This document shows, piece by piece, positions 11,166 to 20,238 of a stretch of 64,000 nucleotides of DNA. The first letter of the stretch is position 1, and every line of letters starts with the position of its first letter. Position numbers and translations under genes: made by a program. A model generated the notes under the pieces. It searched no databases. It worked only from the letters and a program-made list of their open reading frames with translations, and was not told the DNA's origin. Source of the DNA: Bacteroidia bacterium (GTDB taxonomy: Bacteria; Bacteroidota; Bacteroidia; AKYH767-A; OLB10); the NCBI GenBank assembly GCA_020847635.1, contig JADLBQ010000026.1, positions 3,531 through 67,530 on the forward strand, read 5' to 3'.

Positions 11166-12252
11166 TTAATCTCGTGCATTTTCCATCAGATATGATTTCA
11201 TAAACTCATTCAGTTCGCCATTCATCACTCCGAGTACATCACTGGTTTCGTAGCCGGTACGAAGGTCCTTAACCATTTTATAGGGATGAAAGACATAACT
11301 TCTGATCTGGCTTCCCCACTCAATTTTTCGTTTACCGGCTTCAGTTGCAGCTTTTGCCTCATTCCGCTTTCTCAGCTCTAATTCGTATAATTGGGATTTA
11401 AGCATCTTCATTGCACGGTCGCGATTGGCATGTTGAGAGCGTTCAACCTGGCAAACAACTACAATTCCGGTCGGGATATGCTTTAGCTGGACCTTGGTTT
11501 CAACCTTATTCACATTCTGGCCGCCTGCTCCACCGCTTCGTGATGTGGTCATTTCAATATCAGCCTCCCTGACTTCAATATCAATTTTATCATCAACAAT
11601 CGGATAGGCAAATACCGAAGCAAACGATGTATGTCTTTTAGCATTCGAATCAAACGGTGATATTCTGACCAGACGGTGAACGCCACTCTCAGCTTTCAGA
11701 TAGCCGTAAGCAAAATCACCATCAATCTCAAGAGTTACTGATTTGATTCCGGCAACATCGCCTTCCTGGCGGTCCACTTCGGTAACCTTATAACCATTTT
11801 GTTCAGCCCAGAGAATGTACATACGCATCAGCATGGATGCCCAGTCGCAGCTTTCGGTTCCTCCTGCTCCGCTATTGATTGTAAGAATCGCACTGCATGC
11901 ATCTTCATCAGCACTCAGCATATTCTTAAACTCAAGGTCGTCAATCTTTTTAAGCAGGCTGGTATAATGTAAATTAACTTCCTGATCAGTGGCCTCTCCA
12001 GCTTTTAAAAAATCAAATAATACTATCAGATCCTGAGTTTCATTTTCAATTTCGGTGTACGGATCAGTCCATGCCTTCAACTGGCGGATATTTTTAACAA
12101 TACTTTCTGCCCGGTTTGAATTATTCCAGAAATCGGGGGCATGTGTAAGCTGTTCTGCTTCTTTAATTTTTAATAACCGGGTATCCACGTCAAAGGTGCC
12201 TCCTCAGAGCTTCAACCCGCTCTCTAACGTCTTTTAGTTGTTCTTGTGTCAT
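11166..12252 (-). CDS. prfB: Peptide chain release factor 2, expressed through a programmed +1 ribosomal frameshift
   Basis: The main ORF (11166..12188) has the SPF motif ([15 protein letters not shown]) and the GGQ motif ([14 protein letters not shown]). A short upstream frame starts at the ATG at 12252-12250 and encodes [20 protein letters not shown], ending in CTT TGA C. A +1 slip there joins it to [11 protein letters not shown]... Confidence 0.9.
12189..12204 (-). other. prfB recoding signal: AGGAGG stimulator followed by the CTT TGA C slippery/stop site
   Basis: The minus strand reads AGG AGG CAC CTT TGA C. AGGAGG occupies 12204-12199 and CTTTGAC occupies 12195-12189. This matches the architecture of the canonical RF2 autoregulatory frameshift. 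Confidence 0.85.
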
Positions 12253-12280
12253 TGGTGGGCGAAAATAAAGATTAGAGTGG

Positions 12281-13081
12281 TTACCCTGCAATTTGTTTTC
12301 TCAGATTGCTCAGGGTTTTTTCAAGATTACTGATGGCAGGAATAAAATCATCATTGATAACCGGCTGAGGCATCTCATCACTCAGGTAATTGCAGAATGA
12401 CCAGACTTCACGAATATCATTTGCATTTACTTCGAAGGGTTTATATGCAGGATTTAAAGACTTAAGCAGCAGTGATTTGTGCTTTTTTAACTGGTTGAAT
12501 GCCATTTTAAATACGATTCCGTCATCATTTGTTAGAATTATATAGGCATGACCATCTTTGATGTTGTACCAGTTCTCAAGAAATTCAGCAATAACCCAGC
12601 TTCTGTCAGGAATCGGGTTCATGCTGTCACCCTGAATCTGAAACATCCGGTATTTACGCTCTTTGAATAAAATGGGCAGTTGGAAAACCGGCAGCCGGCT
12701 GATGAAATCTGGGTCGGCATATCCGGAGCGGTATCCGGCCTTTGCCTTTAAAGGTACTACTTCAATATTTTCATGATTCTTGCTGTCAACTGTTGTTGCC
12801 AGAATCCGCATCCTACTGCCTTTAATATACTGATCAAATCCCAGTTCCAGCTCACGTAGTTTGCTTTCGCTTAGTGTTGACAGATCAATCCGAAGTAAGG
12901 TGTCTACCGGAATCTTAAAATAATCTGAGAACCTGACCAATGCTTCAACAGTCGGATTGACTATAATCCCGTTCTCATAGCTGTTCAGTGTACTGCGCGA
13001 CATGTGTAACTCTGCAGCAACAGTATCCTGAGTTCTTTTCTTCCGCTGCCGCAAAAGACGGATATTAGATGAAAAATACAT
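12281..13081 (-). CDS. XRE-family HTH + S24 peptidase repressor (CI/LexA-like; candidate non-canonical LexA of Bacteroidota)
   Basis: The 266-aa ORF has an N-terminal HTH_3 (LRQRKKRTQDTVAAELHMSRSTLNSYENG). A candidate Ala-Gly cleavage site sits in KAKAGYRSG. The S24 catalytic Ser is in QIQGDSMNP, with a downstream Lys in GIVFKMAF. Confidence 0.75.
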   Translation of the reverse strand: MYFSSNIRLLRQRKKRTQDTVAAELHMSRSTLNSYENGIIVNPTVEALVRFSDYFKIPVDTLLRIDLSTLSESKLRELELGFDQYIKGSRMRILATTVDSKNHENIEVVPLKAKAGYRSGYADPDFISRLPVFQLPILFKERKYRMFQIQGDSMNPIPDRSWVIAEFLENWYNIKDGHAYIILTNDDGIVFKMAFNQLKKHKSLLLKSLNPAYKPFEVNANDIREVWSFCNYLSDEMPQPVINDDFIPAISNLEKTLSNLRKQIAG

Positions 13082-13096
13082 TGTTTAAAAGATTTA

Positions 13097-13113
13097 ATGT
13101 TTGTAATACAAAC
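13097..13113. promoter_or_regulatory. Perfect 17-bp palindrome TGTTTGTA-A-TACAAACA; candidate operator of the LexA-like repressor
   Basis: The two 8-nt arms pair perfectly around a single central base. The palindrome ends 16 nt upstream of the repressor ATG (13081). On the minus strand its left arm overlaps a near-consensus -7 box, TCTGTTTG. A 1-nt centre cannot serve as a hairpin loop, so a protein-binding site is more likely than a terminator. Confidence 0.45.
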
Positions 13114-13198
13114 AGATTAAGGATTGTAAAAATAACAAATAATTCAGAAAAGCAAAATCCAAACCGGGTTAGAATCCGGTAATTGACTGATGGCATCT

Positions 13199-14461
13199 TT
13201 AGCGGAAAACAAAGGTTCTGAAACTGTCTAACCTGAGTAAAATAAAAAGCAGAATGGTAAATGACCAAAGTGAAGAGCCTCCATAACTGATAAATGGAAG
13301 TGGAATTCCAATAACGGGCAGCAGCCCGATTGTCATTCCGATATTGACCATTACATGCAGAAAAATAACTGAGGCTACTCCATAAGCATAGATTCTTGTA
13401 AATGCTGATTTCTGCCTTTCTGCAATAAATAAAATTCTGTACAATAATCCCAGATAGATAAACAACAGAATACTCGTACCTACAAACCCCCATTCTTCAC
13501 CAATGGTACAAAAAATGAAATCGGTACTTTGTTCAGGAACAAATTCAAATCTTGTTTGGGTACCCTGCAGGAATCCTTTACCGGTTAATCCGCCAGATCC
13601 AATTGCAATCAAACTCTGATTAACATTATATCCGGCTCCTTTCAGGTCGGTTTGCTTTCCAAGAAGTACGTCAATACGTTGTTTCTGGTGAGGTTGCAAA
13701 ACTTTCTCATAAACATACGACACGCTCATTACCACTAAACCTGCAACAACCATAAAGGCTAAAACCGTTAAAATATTCTTTCTGGTTTTCCGCATGAGCA
13801 GAATAGCTAGAGCTGCAATTCCAGTAATAATTCCCAGTAAAATAATTTGCTCAACCATCAATGCAACAACAAACAGAAGCACTGCCAGAAAGCTAATAAT
13901 CAATACATTCTGAGAGAGACCTTCCCGGTAAAGAACAAAAATAAAGGCACCGAAAACCAGGGCTGAGCCAGTGTCATTTTGCAAAAGAATTATAACAGCC
14001 GGAATGAGAATAAGCAGTGTGCTGATTATTTTAGTTTTCAATTGCCGGATTTTAATTTCAATCTGACCCAGGTATTTGGCTAAAGCAAGAGCCGTTGCAA
14101 ACTTGGCGAACTCAGCCGGCTGAAGCTTGAATGCCCCGATTTCAATCCAGGCATGCGCTCCTTTAACATCTTTGGCCAAAAACAGGGCAGCAATTAGAAA
14201 CAGGATAACAAGTCCGTAAATTCCATAAGCAAACGCTTCAAAAAAGCGGGCATCAATAATCATGATCATAATGGCAATTACAATCGAACCGGATATCCAC
14301 AGTAATTGTTTGCCGTAATTCTGCGACATATCCAGAATACTGCTGTGATCCTCATTATAAACGGCAGCATAAATACAAACCCATCCAATGACCATCAGGA
14401 TTAAATACAGGCTTACCGACAGCCAGTCAATATTCTGAAAAATGGATATCCGCTTCCTCAT
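13199..14461 (-). CDS. rodA: Rod shape-determining protein RodA (SEDS family peptidoglycan polymerase)
   Basis: The 420-aa polytopic membrane ORF has FtsW/RodA/SpoVE blocks (FVPEQSTDFIFCTIGEEWGF, LPFISYGGSS). It overlaps the mrdA stop codon by 4 nt. Confidence 0.9.
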   Translation of the reverse strand: MRKRISIFQNIDWLSVSLYLILMVIGWVCIYAAVYNEDHSSILDMSQNYGKQLLWISGSIVIAIMIMIIDARFFEAFAYGIYGLVILFLIAALFLAKDVKGAHAWIEIGAFKLQPAEFAKFATALALAKYLGQIEIKIRQLKTKIISTLLILIPAVIILLQNDTGSALVFGAFIFVLYREGLSQNVLIISFLAVLLFVVALMVEQIILLGIITGIAALAILLMRKTRKNILTVLAFMVVAGLVVMSVSYVYEKVLQPHQKQRIDVLLGKQTDLKGAGYNVNQSLIAIGSGGLTGKGFLQGTQTRFEFVPEQSTDFIFCTIGEEWGFVGTSILLFIYLGLLYRILFIAERQKSAFTRIYAYGVASVIFLHVMVNIGMTIGLLPVIGIPLPFISYGGSSLWSFTILLFILLRLDSFRTFVFR

Positions 14462-16362
14462 GGTGTCTGATCGGGATTTTTAACTACTTTAAACGTATCC
14501 TTTTTAGCAACAGGGACTGAATCCTTTCTAAGTGCCGGCTTTTTTAATTCAGCTCCCGGAAGCGGATAATCCTTAAGAAGGTTGCCATCAATTATTCGTT
14601 TTTCAAGTTCTGGCCTAGAAATCGTATCTGTCAGATACAATTCCATCATCAGCGATGCGATAGGAGCTGCCCAGGTTGCTCCGAATCCCGAATTTTCAAC
14701 CATTACTGCAACTGCAATTTTGGGGTTCTCTCTGGGTGCAAATGCAACAAACAAACTGTGATCTTTCCCGTGTGGATTCTGAGCTGTTCCTGTTTTACCA
14801 CAAATCCGGATGTTTCCAAACTGGGCAATTCGGGCTGTTCCGGCTTCAACAACCCGTTGCATCCCATCAATGACTACATTAAAAGTTTCGGGTGCTACTT
14901 TTGAATAATGCTTTTCAGAAAGATTACGGGTGGTATTCTTCTTTCCCGAAATTGTTTTCACAATGTGGGGAGTATAATAAAATCCGCGGTTTGCAATTAC
15001 CGAAGTGATATTTACCATTTGCAAAGGAGTGATTCCCAATTCACCCTGGCCAATTCCAAGCGAGTAAATGGTAGAAGCTTTCCATCTCCCCTTTCCATAA
15101 ATTTTGTCATAGAATGCAATAGAAGGGAGCAAACCAGGTAACTCATGAGGCAGGTCAACTCCAATTTTTCTGCCAACTCCGAAGCTCATAATATAATCTC
15201 TCCAAACCCGGTATCCGTTTTCACTTGTTCCATATTTACGGTTATCCACAAATGCCCGGAACACATTACAGAAATACGGGTTACAGGAATACTGAATGGC
15301 TCCCTCTAAAGCAACTGCCGGATGGGGATGACATTTAACCGACTTACTTCCCACAATAAACGAATGAGGAAATACTGTTGAAGAGCTGATGATCTGCTCA
15401 TTCAGGGCACTTAATGCTCCGGCTAACTTAAAGGTAGATCCGGGTGGATAATAAGCCATCATTGCGCGGTTAAAAAGTGATTTATACGGGTCGGTTGACA
15501 ACAATGCATAATTTTTATTACGTGCCTTGCCTACCATCAGATTCGGATCGTAAGAAGGGCTGCTGAGAATAGCCAGAATTTCGCCAGTTCCGGGCTCTAT
15601 GGCTGCAATTCCACCGGCTTTATTTTGCATGAGTTGTTCAGCATAAGCCTGTAACCGAGCATCCAGACTTAAAAAGAGATTTTCACCTGCTACTGAAACT
15701 GAGTCGTATTTTCCACTTTCATAACTCCCCTTTTCCTGGTTATGCACATCAACCATTACAATCCGAAGTCCCCGCTTTCCGCGTAATTCCTTTTCATAAG
15801 ACTGTTCAATCCCACTGATACCAATGTAATCACCCATTTGGTAATACGGATTTTCTTCAATCAGCTTTTCGTTCACTTCCCCGATATAGCCAAGCGCATG
15901 GGCTGCACTTCGGGTTGGGTATTTTCTTAATGTTCGAGGTTGAACATAAAACCCATTAAATTTATACAGTTTTTCCTGTAGTACTGCATATTGTTCAGGA
16001 GGAATCTGCTTTTCGAAAACGGAGCTTTTAAACCGGCTATAGCGTCTGGCTGTTTGCATTTTATTAATAAACTCCTCTTTGGTAATATCCAGCAGCCTGC
16101 AGAACTCTGCAGTATCCAGGCTTTTCACCTGTCTTGGAATTACCATCAGATCATAAACTGCCTCGTTATAAACCATCAGTGTACCTGTCCGGTCATAAAT
16201 CAGTCCACGGGCCGGATAATCAATTACATAACGAAGGACATTATTACTGGCTGATAACTTATAACTCTCATTAATTACCTGAACATAAAACATCCTGGCC
16301 AGGTAAATAAGAATGACCACCGTAAAGATTCCGGCAATTACAATTCGCTTATTACGGTTCAT
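14458..16362 (-). CDS. mrdA: Penicillin-binding protein 2 (elongasome transpeptidase)
   Basis: The 634-aa ORF has an N-terminal TM anchor and the transpeptidase motifs STFK, SCN (YSCNPYF) and KTGT (CGKTGTAQ). Confidence 0.9.
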   Translation of the reverse strand: MNRNKRIVIAGIFTVVILIYLARMFYVQVINESYKLSASNNVLRYVIDYPARGLIYDRTGTLMVYNEAVYDLMVIPRQVKSLDTAEFCRLLDITKEEFINKMQTARRYSRFKSSVFEKQIPPEQYAVLQEKLYKFNGFYVQPRTLRKYPTRSAAHALGYIGEVNEKLIEENPYYQMGDYIGISGIEQSYEKELRGKRGLRIVMVDVHNQEKGSYESGKYDSVSVAGENLFLSLDARLQAYAEQLMQNKAGGIAAIEPGTGEILAILSSPSYDPNLMVGKARNKNYALLSTDPYKSLFNRAMMAYYPPGSTFKLAGALSALNEQIISSSTVFPHSFIVGSKSVKCHPHPAVALEGAIQYSCNPYFCNVFRAFVDNRKYGTSENGYRVWRDYIMSFGVGRKIGVDLPHELPGLLPSIAFYDKIYGKGRWKASTIYSLGIGQGELGITPLQMVNITSVIANRGFYYTPHIVKTISGKKNTTRNLSEKHYSKVAPETFNVVIDGMQRVVEAGTARIAQFGNIRICGKTGTAQNPHGKDHSLFVAFAPRENPKIAVAVMVENSGFGATWAAPIASLMMELYLTDTISRPELEKRIIDGNLLKDYPLPGAELKKPALRKDSVPVAKKDTFKVVKNPDQTP

Positions 16363-16877
16363 TTTTCGAATTCGAATTTTCCGGTAAGAAACTGAGCAAT
16401 CAGAATTACAAGCAGGCTGGCAGCTGCACTAAAGAGAACTCTCGTTAAAGTATGAAAGAATTCGCTGAATGTAAATACTTCAATAAAGAAAAGAGCAAAA
16501 TGGTGAATTAAAATCATTACCGATGCGTAAACAACAAACCAGTTAAATCCAAGTTTATTCATTGAAGGTACCGATTCAGCTTCATAGCCATCGCGTGGCG
16601 AAAAGATGCGAAGTGCAGCCGGGCGGGAATAGGTCATTAATACAGTTGCAGCTGCATGCATACCGGCTGTATTTGTGAATAAATCAATAGATAACCCGCA
16701 TATAAAAGCAAGTATCAGCGATAATAACTTCGGAAACCGGACGGGAAGCACAAGGATAAACAGGATATAAATGTACGGATTAATATATCCGCTCAGCTGA
16801 ATATTATTAAGCAACAACACCTGAAGGGCTGTTAGCAGAAGAAATCTCATTAAGAGGAACAATGCTTCAGTTATCAT
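16359..16877 (-). CDS. mreD: Rod shape-determining protein MreD
   Basis: This is a 172-aa multi-TM protein. It sits between mreC and mrdA with overlapping start and stop codons on both sides. Confidence 0.8.
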   Translation of the reverse strand: MITEALFLLMRFLLLTALQVLLLNNIQLSGYINPYIYILFILVLPVRFPKLLSLILAFICGLSIDLFTNTAGMHAAATVLMTYSRPAALRIFSPRDGYEAESVPSMNKLGFNWFVVYASVMILIHHFALFFIEVFTFSEFFHTLTRVLFSAAASLLVILIAQFLTGKFEFEK

Positions 16878-17694
16878 TGTTTAATGATTGTGATTCAAGT
16901 TCAAGAATTTCCTTTTGCCTGAGATTATTGACAATATAAACCCAGGTCAGATTGGCAAAATCAGTACTGAATTCAACCGTGATTGAGTAGAAACTACTTC
17001 CGGCCCGGGTATCCCAGCTTTTAACAGTTCCGACCATAATCCCTTCAGGAAAGAGTGTCGAAAATCCGGTTGTTACAATGGTATCTCCTTTCTGAAATTT
17101 AACATGCCTGGCAACATCACTTAACAAACCCTCATTGTATTTTAATCCCGGCCAGGAAAGTGAGCCAAAGAATTTATTGTTTTTAAAGCCGGCACTAATC
17201 CTGGTTTTCTTATGTAGTACACTTAGCACAGTCGAATAATGAGGTGATACATCTTTTATAATCCCAACAATGCCATCGGGTGCAATGACTCCCATTTCGG
17301 GTTGCACTCCGTCTAACGAACCTTTATTCAGTGTCAGATAATTATTACGGTAAGTATAAGAGTTATTAATTACCTGAGCCGGATAAAAGATATATTGACC
17401 GGTTGAGTCCTGCATCATCAGTGAGTCTGGATTACTGGTCTTAATTGAAGTAATGAAATTTTTCAATTGGGCATTTTCTTCCGCCAGCTTTCGATTCGAA
17501 CTCCGAAGACTCAGGTATTGAGTTACGCTGTTAAGCGAGTTCATAACTTCTGCAGTCAGTTGATTACTTGAATTAAACCAGACGGTGCTGTGATACCGGT
17601 TATTCTGAAATAAGAGATAAAAACTCAGGCTCTCAAGCAACAGAAAGAGAATTGAAAAATTATTTTTCCATAAAAAATGAAAAAGATCCCTCAT
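16867..17694 (-). CDS. mreC: Rod shape-determining protein MreC
   Basis: The 275-aa ORF has an N-terminal TM, a coiled-coil segment (RKLAEENAQLKNF) and MreC beta-barrel blocks (GVIAPDGIVGIIKDVSPHYSTVLSV, GDTIVTTGFSTLFPEGIMVG). Confidence 0.85.
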   Translation of the reverse strand: MRDLFHFLWKNNFSILFLLLESLSFYLLFQNNRYHSTVWFNSSNQLTAEVMNSLNSVTQYLSLRSSNRKLAEENAQLKNFITSIKTSNPDSLMMQDSTGQYIFYPAQVINNSYTYRNNYLTLNKGSLDGVQPEMGVIAPDGIVGIIKDVSPHYSTVLSVLHKKTRISAGFKNNKFFGSLSWPGLKYNEGLLSDVARHVKFQKGDTIVTTGFSTLFPEGIMVGTVKSWDTRAGSSFYSITVEFSTDFANLTWVYIVNNLRQKEILELESQSLNNDN

Positions 17695-17816
17695 GCCGGA
17701 ATACGGTGTTTAATAATCATGTACCTGATGGGGTAAAGGTAGCCGAAATGAGTCTTTTCCGGTCAATTGAGAAGTTCAATTTTTAACAAACAAAACCTGA
17801 ATACAATTTAACATCT

Positions 17817-19301
17817 TTGCTGCGAAAAGCTATGCCTGTTAAACAATTGCTCAGGTGGTTCTTGGCAGCCTTCCTTTTAAGGGTTTTTCTTCTTTCATTA
17901 GTCATTTTTTCGGCATCCCGCCAATTTCCCGACCGGATGCAAGGCCTGGTCTTTTATCAGGATGACTATGATTTCTTTCTGCTTCCGGTTGAACATTATT
18001 TCGAACATGGAGTAATGGATTACAAGGGTAAACCCGGAGTTCCGTTTGCAGGCCGAATGCCAGGCTACATGGTTCCATATTACCTCTTACGTCTTCTGGC
18101 AAACAAGACTATTGCAATTAACCTGCTCATTATCTTTCAGATCATTTTAAGTGCTATGTCAGTTGTCGTGCTAAGTACGCTGGCTGTCAGGCTTTTTAAA
18201 GATCAACGGGCTTTCCTGCCGGTATTTCTTTTAATCCTGCTTAGTTTTCATCTTTTTGTATTTGATTTATTCACGCTGACTGAAAGTTTTTCTGTATCTG
18301 CATTTTGCTTTTTCCTCTTTTTCAGTTACCGGTTTTATGAAAAAAGAAGACACCGGGATGCCTTATTAGCAGGTCTATTCATGGCCTGGGCTGTTTTTCT
18401 CCGGCCTTTTATGGGAACCTTATTAATTCTGTTTCCGCTTCTCATGTTATTGATGAAAGGGTTTTCCTTAAAAAGCTGGCTGCGTTATTCGATTATTTTC
18501 TCACTTCCGTTTATTGTCTTTGAAGCTGCCTGGATAACCAGGAATTATATCCGTCTTCACCGTTTTATTCCGCTTGAAACTTCACTTACTGAATCTTATG
18601 GTGAATATGGTGCATACCGGAAATCAGCGATTGCTGTCAGGCAACTTATCTACGCATGGGGAGGTGAAACCGGTGAATTTTATCAAGGTTCGGAAGCTGA
18701 ATGGTTTCACTTTACACCTTTAGAAAAGGCCAGGGAGTTCAGGTTTAAATCCTCTATTTTTGACTCAGGAATTACCGTTGACTCCTTGATTGAACTCAAA
18801 AGGATTTTCAATGCCAGCCTGGATACCCTTCACCTTAATGCTGCAGAACTGGAAGCGAATAACATCTTGGCCGCTTCGATTGCACAGCGGTGGGCTGACC
18901 GGTTCCGGCAGCATAACCCGGTCCGATATTACCTGGTTAATCCCGTTATACGCTTTTTTTCCCTTCTCAAATCAAATGCTACCATGCTCATACCCTTCCC
19001 TCCATTCTCAAAAATGGCTCTGTGGCAAAAAGGTATTAAACTATTTGCTATGTTGCTTTATTACCTGATTCTGTCTGCAGGATTTCTTGGGATGCTTGTA
19101 TTTTTATTCAGGGATAGAGGCAGATCTCCCTACTTAATGATGCTCTTTATCAGCATTTGGCTTTTACTTTTTACTGTTATTGCTGCATCCTCCATCATGC
19201 AGTTCAGGTATATCCTTCCGGCAACACCTGTCTGGATTTTATTTGCAGTTTTGCTCCTCAAACCCACTATGGATTCAACCCGCACCATTCATCAGAATTA
19301 G
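17817..19301 (+). CDS. Polytopic GT-C-fold glycosyltransferase (ArnT/PMT, GT39/GT83-like)
   Basis: The 494-aa ORF has roughly 10 or more predicted TM helices. An acidic motif lies in the first extracytoplasmic loop (FYQDDYDFF), as in ArnT/PMT enzymes. The start is either TTG at 17817 or ATG at 17832. The gene ends 3 nt before the GT2 gene. Confidence 0.6.
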   Translation: MLRKAMPVKQLLRWFLAAFLLRVFLLSLVIFSASRQFPDRMQGLVFYQDDYDFFLLPVEHYFEHGVMDYKGKPGVPFAGRMPGYMVPYYLLRLLANKTIAINLLIIFQIILSAMSVVVLSTLAVRLFKDQRAFLPVFLLILLSFHLFVFDLFTLTESFSVSAFCFFLFFSYRFYEKRRHRDALLAGLFMAWAVFLRPFMGTLLILFPLLMLLMKGFSLKSWLRYSIIFSLPFIVFEAAWITRNYIRLHRFIPLETSLTESYGEYGAYRKSAIAVRQLIYAWGGETGEFYQGSEAEWFHFTPLEKAREFRFKSSIFDSGITVDSLIELKRIFNASLDTLHLNAAELEANNILAASIAQRWADRFRQHNPVRYYLVNPVIRFFSLLKSNATMLIPFPPFSKMALWQKGIKLFAMLLYYLILSAGFLGMLVFLFRDRGRSPYLMMLFISIWLLLFTVIAASSIMQFRYILPATPVWILFAVLLLKPTMDSTRTIHQN

Positions 19302-19304
19302 TTT

Positions 19305-20234
19305 ATGGAAACCCGTCCATTAATTTCAGTTGTAAGCCCGGTTTATAAAGCTGAAAAAGTTATTCCCAAACTGGTTGAGCGGCTCATAAAAGAGCTATCA
19401 TCAATTGATGAGAATTTTGAAATTATTTTAGTTGATGATTGCTGTCCTGGGAACTCATGGGATGCCATTCTGTCCCAATGCCAAAAGGATAAACGGATAA
19501 AAGGAATCAAACTCAGCCGTAATTTTGGACAACATTATGCAATTACTGCCGGATTAGATGAATCAAAAGGAGAATGGGTGATTGTGATGGACTGTGATTT
19601 ACAAGACAGACCGGAAGAAATTACACGTCTTTATTCAAAGGCAAAAGAAGGCTATGATATTGTTTTAGCCAGACGTGAAAAGAGACAAGACAGCTTATTC
19701 AAAAAGTTATTTTCGAAACTTTTCCATAAAACCCTCACATTCCTCAGCGGAACTCAACTTGACAGTACTGTTGCCAATTTCGGTATTTATAACCGGAAAG
19801 TCATTAATGCCATCAGCCAGATGCGCGAGAGCATCCGCTTCTTTCCATCAATGATTAAATGGGTAGGGTTTAAAAGTGCTTCCATTTCTGTTCAACATTC
19901 AGCCAGGGATGAAGGCAAGACTTCTTACAATTTCAGCAGGCTCATGAATCTGGCAATTGATATTATTCTGGCTTATAGTGACCGCCCTATCAGGATTACC
20001 ATCCAAACCGGATTTATATTAGCCGGGCTGGCTTTCTTATATGCACTCTATAATATTATTCAAAGTCTGACAACGGGATTCTCTGTCTCTGGATATGCCA
20101 GTCTCATTATTTCAATCTGGTTTCTTTCAGGCCTGATTCTGGCATTTATTGGTATTGTTGGTCTGTATGTTGGGAAAACATTTGAAGGAGTTAAAAACCG
20201 GCCGATTTATATTATAGACAAAAAAACCTTCTGA
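19305..20234 (+). CDS. Family-2 glycosyltransferase of the polyprenyl-phosphate glycosyltransferase type (ArnC/GtrB/DPM1-like)
   Basis: The 309-aa ORF has an N-terminal GT-A domain (ISVVSPVYKAEKVI, ILVDDCCPGNS, VMDCDLQDRPEE). Two C-terminal TM helices follow, which is typical of ArnC/GtrB. Confidence 0.8.
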   Translation: METRPLISVVSPVYKAEKVIPKLVERLIKELSSIDENFEIILVDDCCPGNSWDAILSQCQKDKRIKGIKLSRNFGQHYAITAGLDESKGEWVIVMDCDLQDRPEEITRLYSKAKEGYDIVLARREKRQDSLFKKLFSKLFHKTLTFLSGTQLDSTVANFGIYNRKVINAISQMRESIRFFPSMIKWVGFKSASISVQHSARDEGKTSYNFSRLMNLAIDIILAYSDRPIRITIQTGFILAGLAFLYALYNIIQSLTTGFSVSGYASLIISIWFLSGLILAFIGIVGLYVGKTFEGVKNRPIYIIDKKTF

Positions 20235-20238
20235 CTTC

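Noticed and set aside
13065-13493. A 142-aa minus-strand ORF spanning the rodA 3' end, the spacer and the LexA-like 5' end
   Set aside because: It is an alternative frame of rodA and runs through the palindromic intergenic region. Its composition is low in complexity and Cys/Tyr-rich, so it is most likely an AT-rich-frame artefact.
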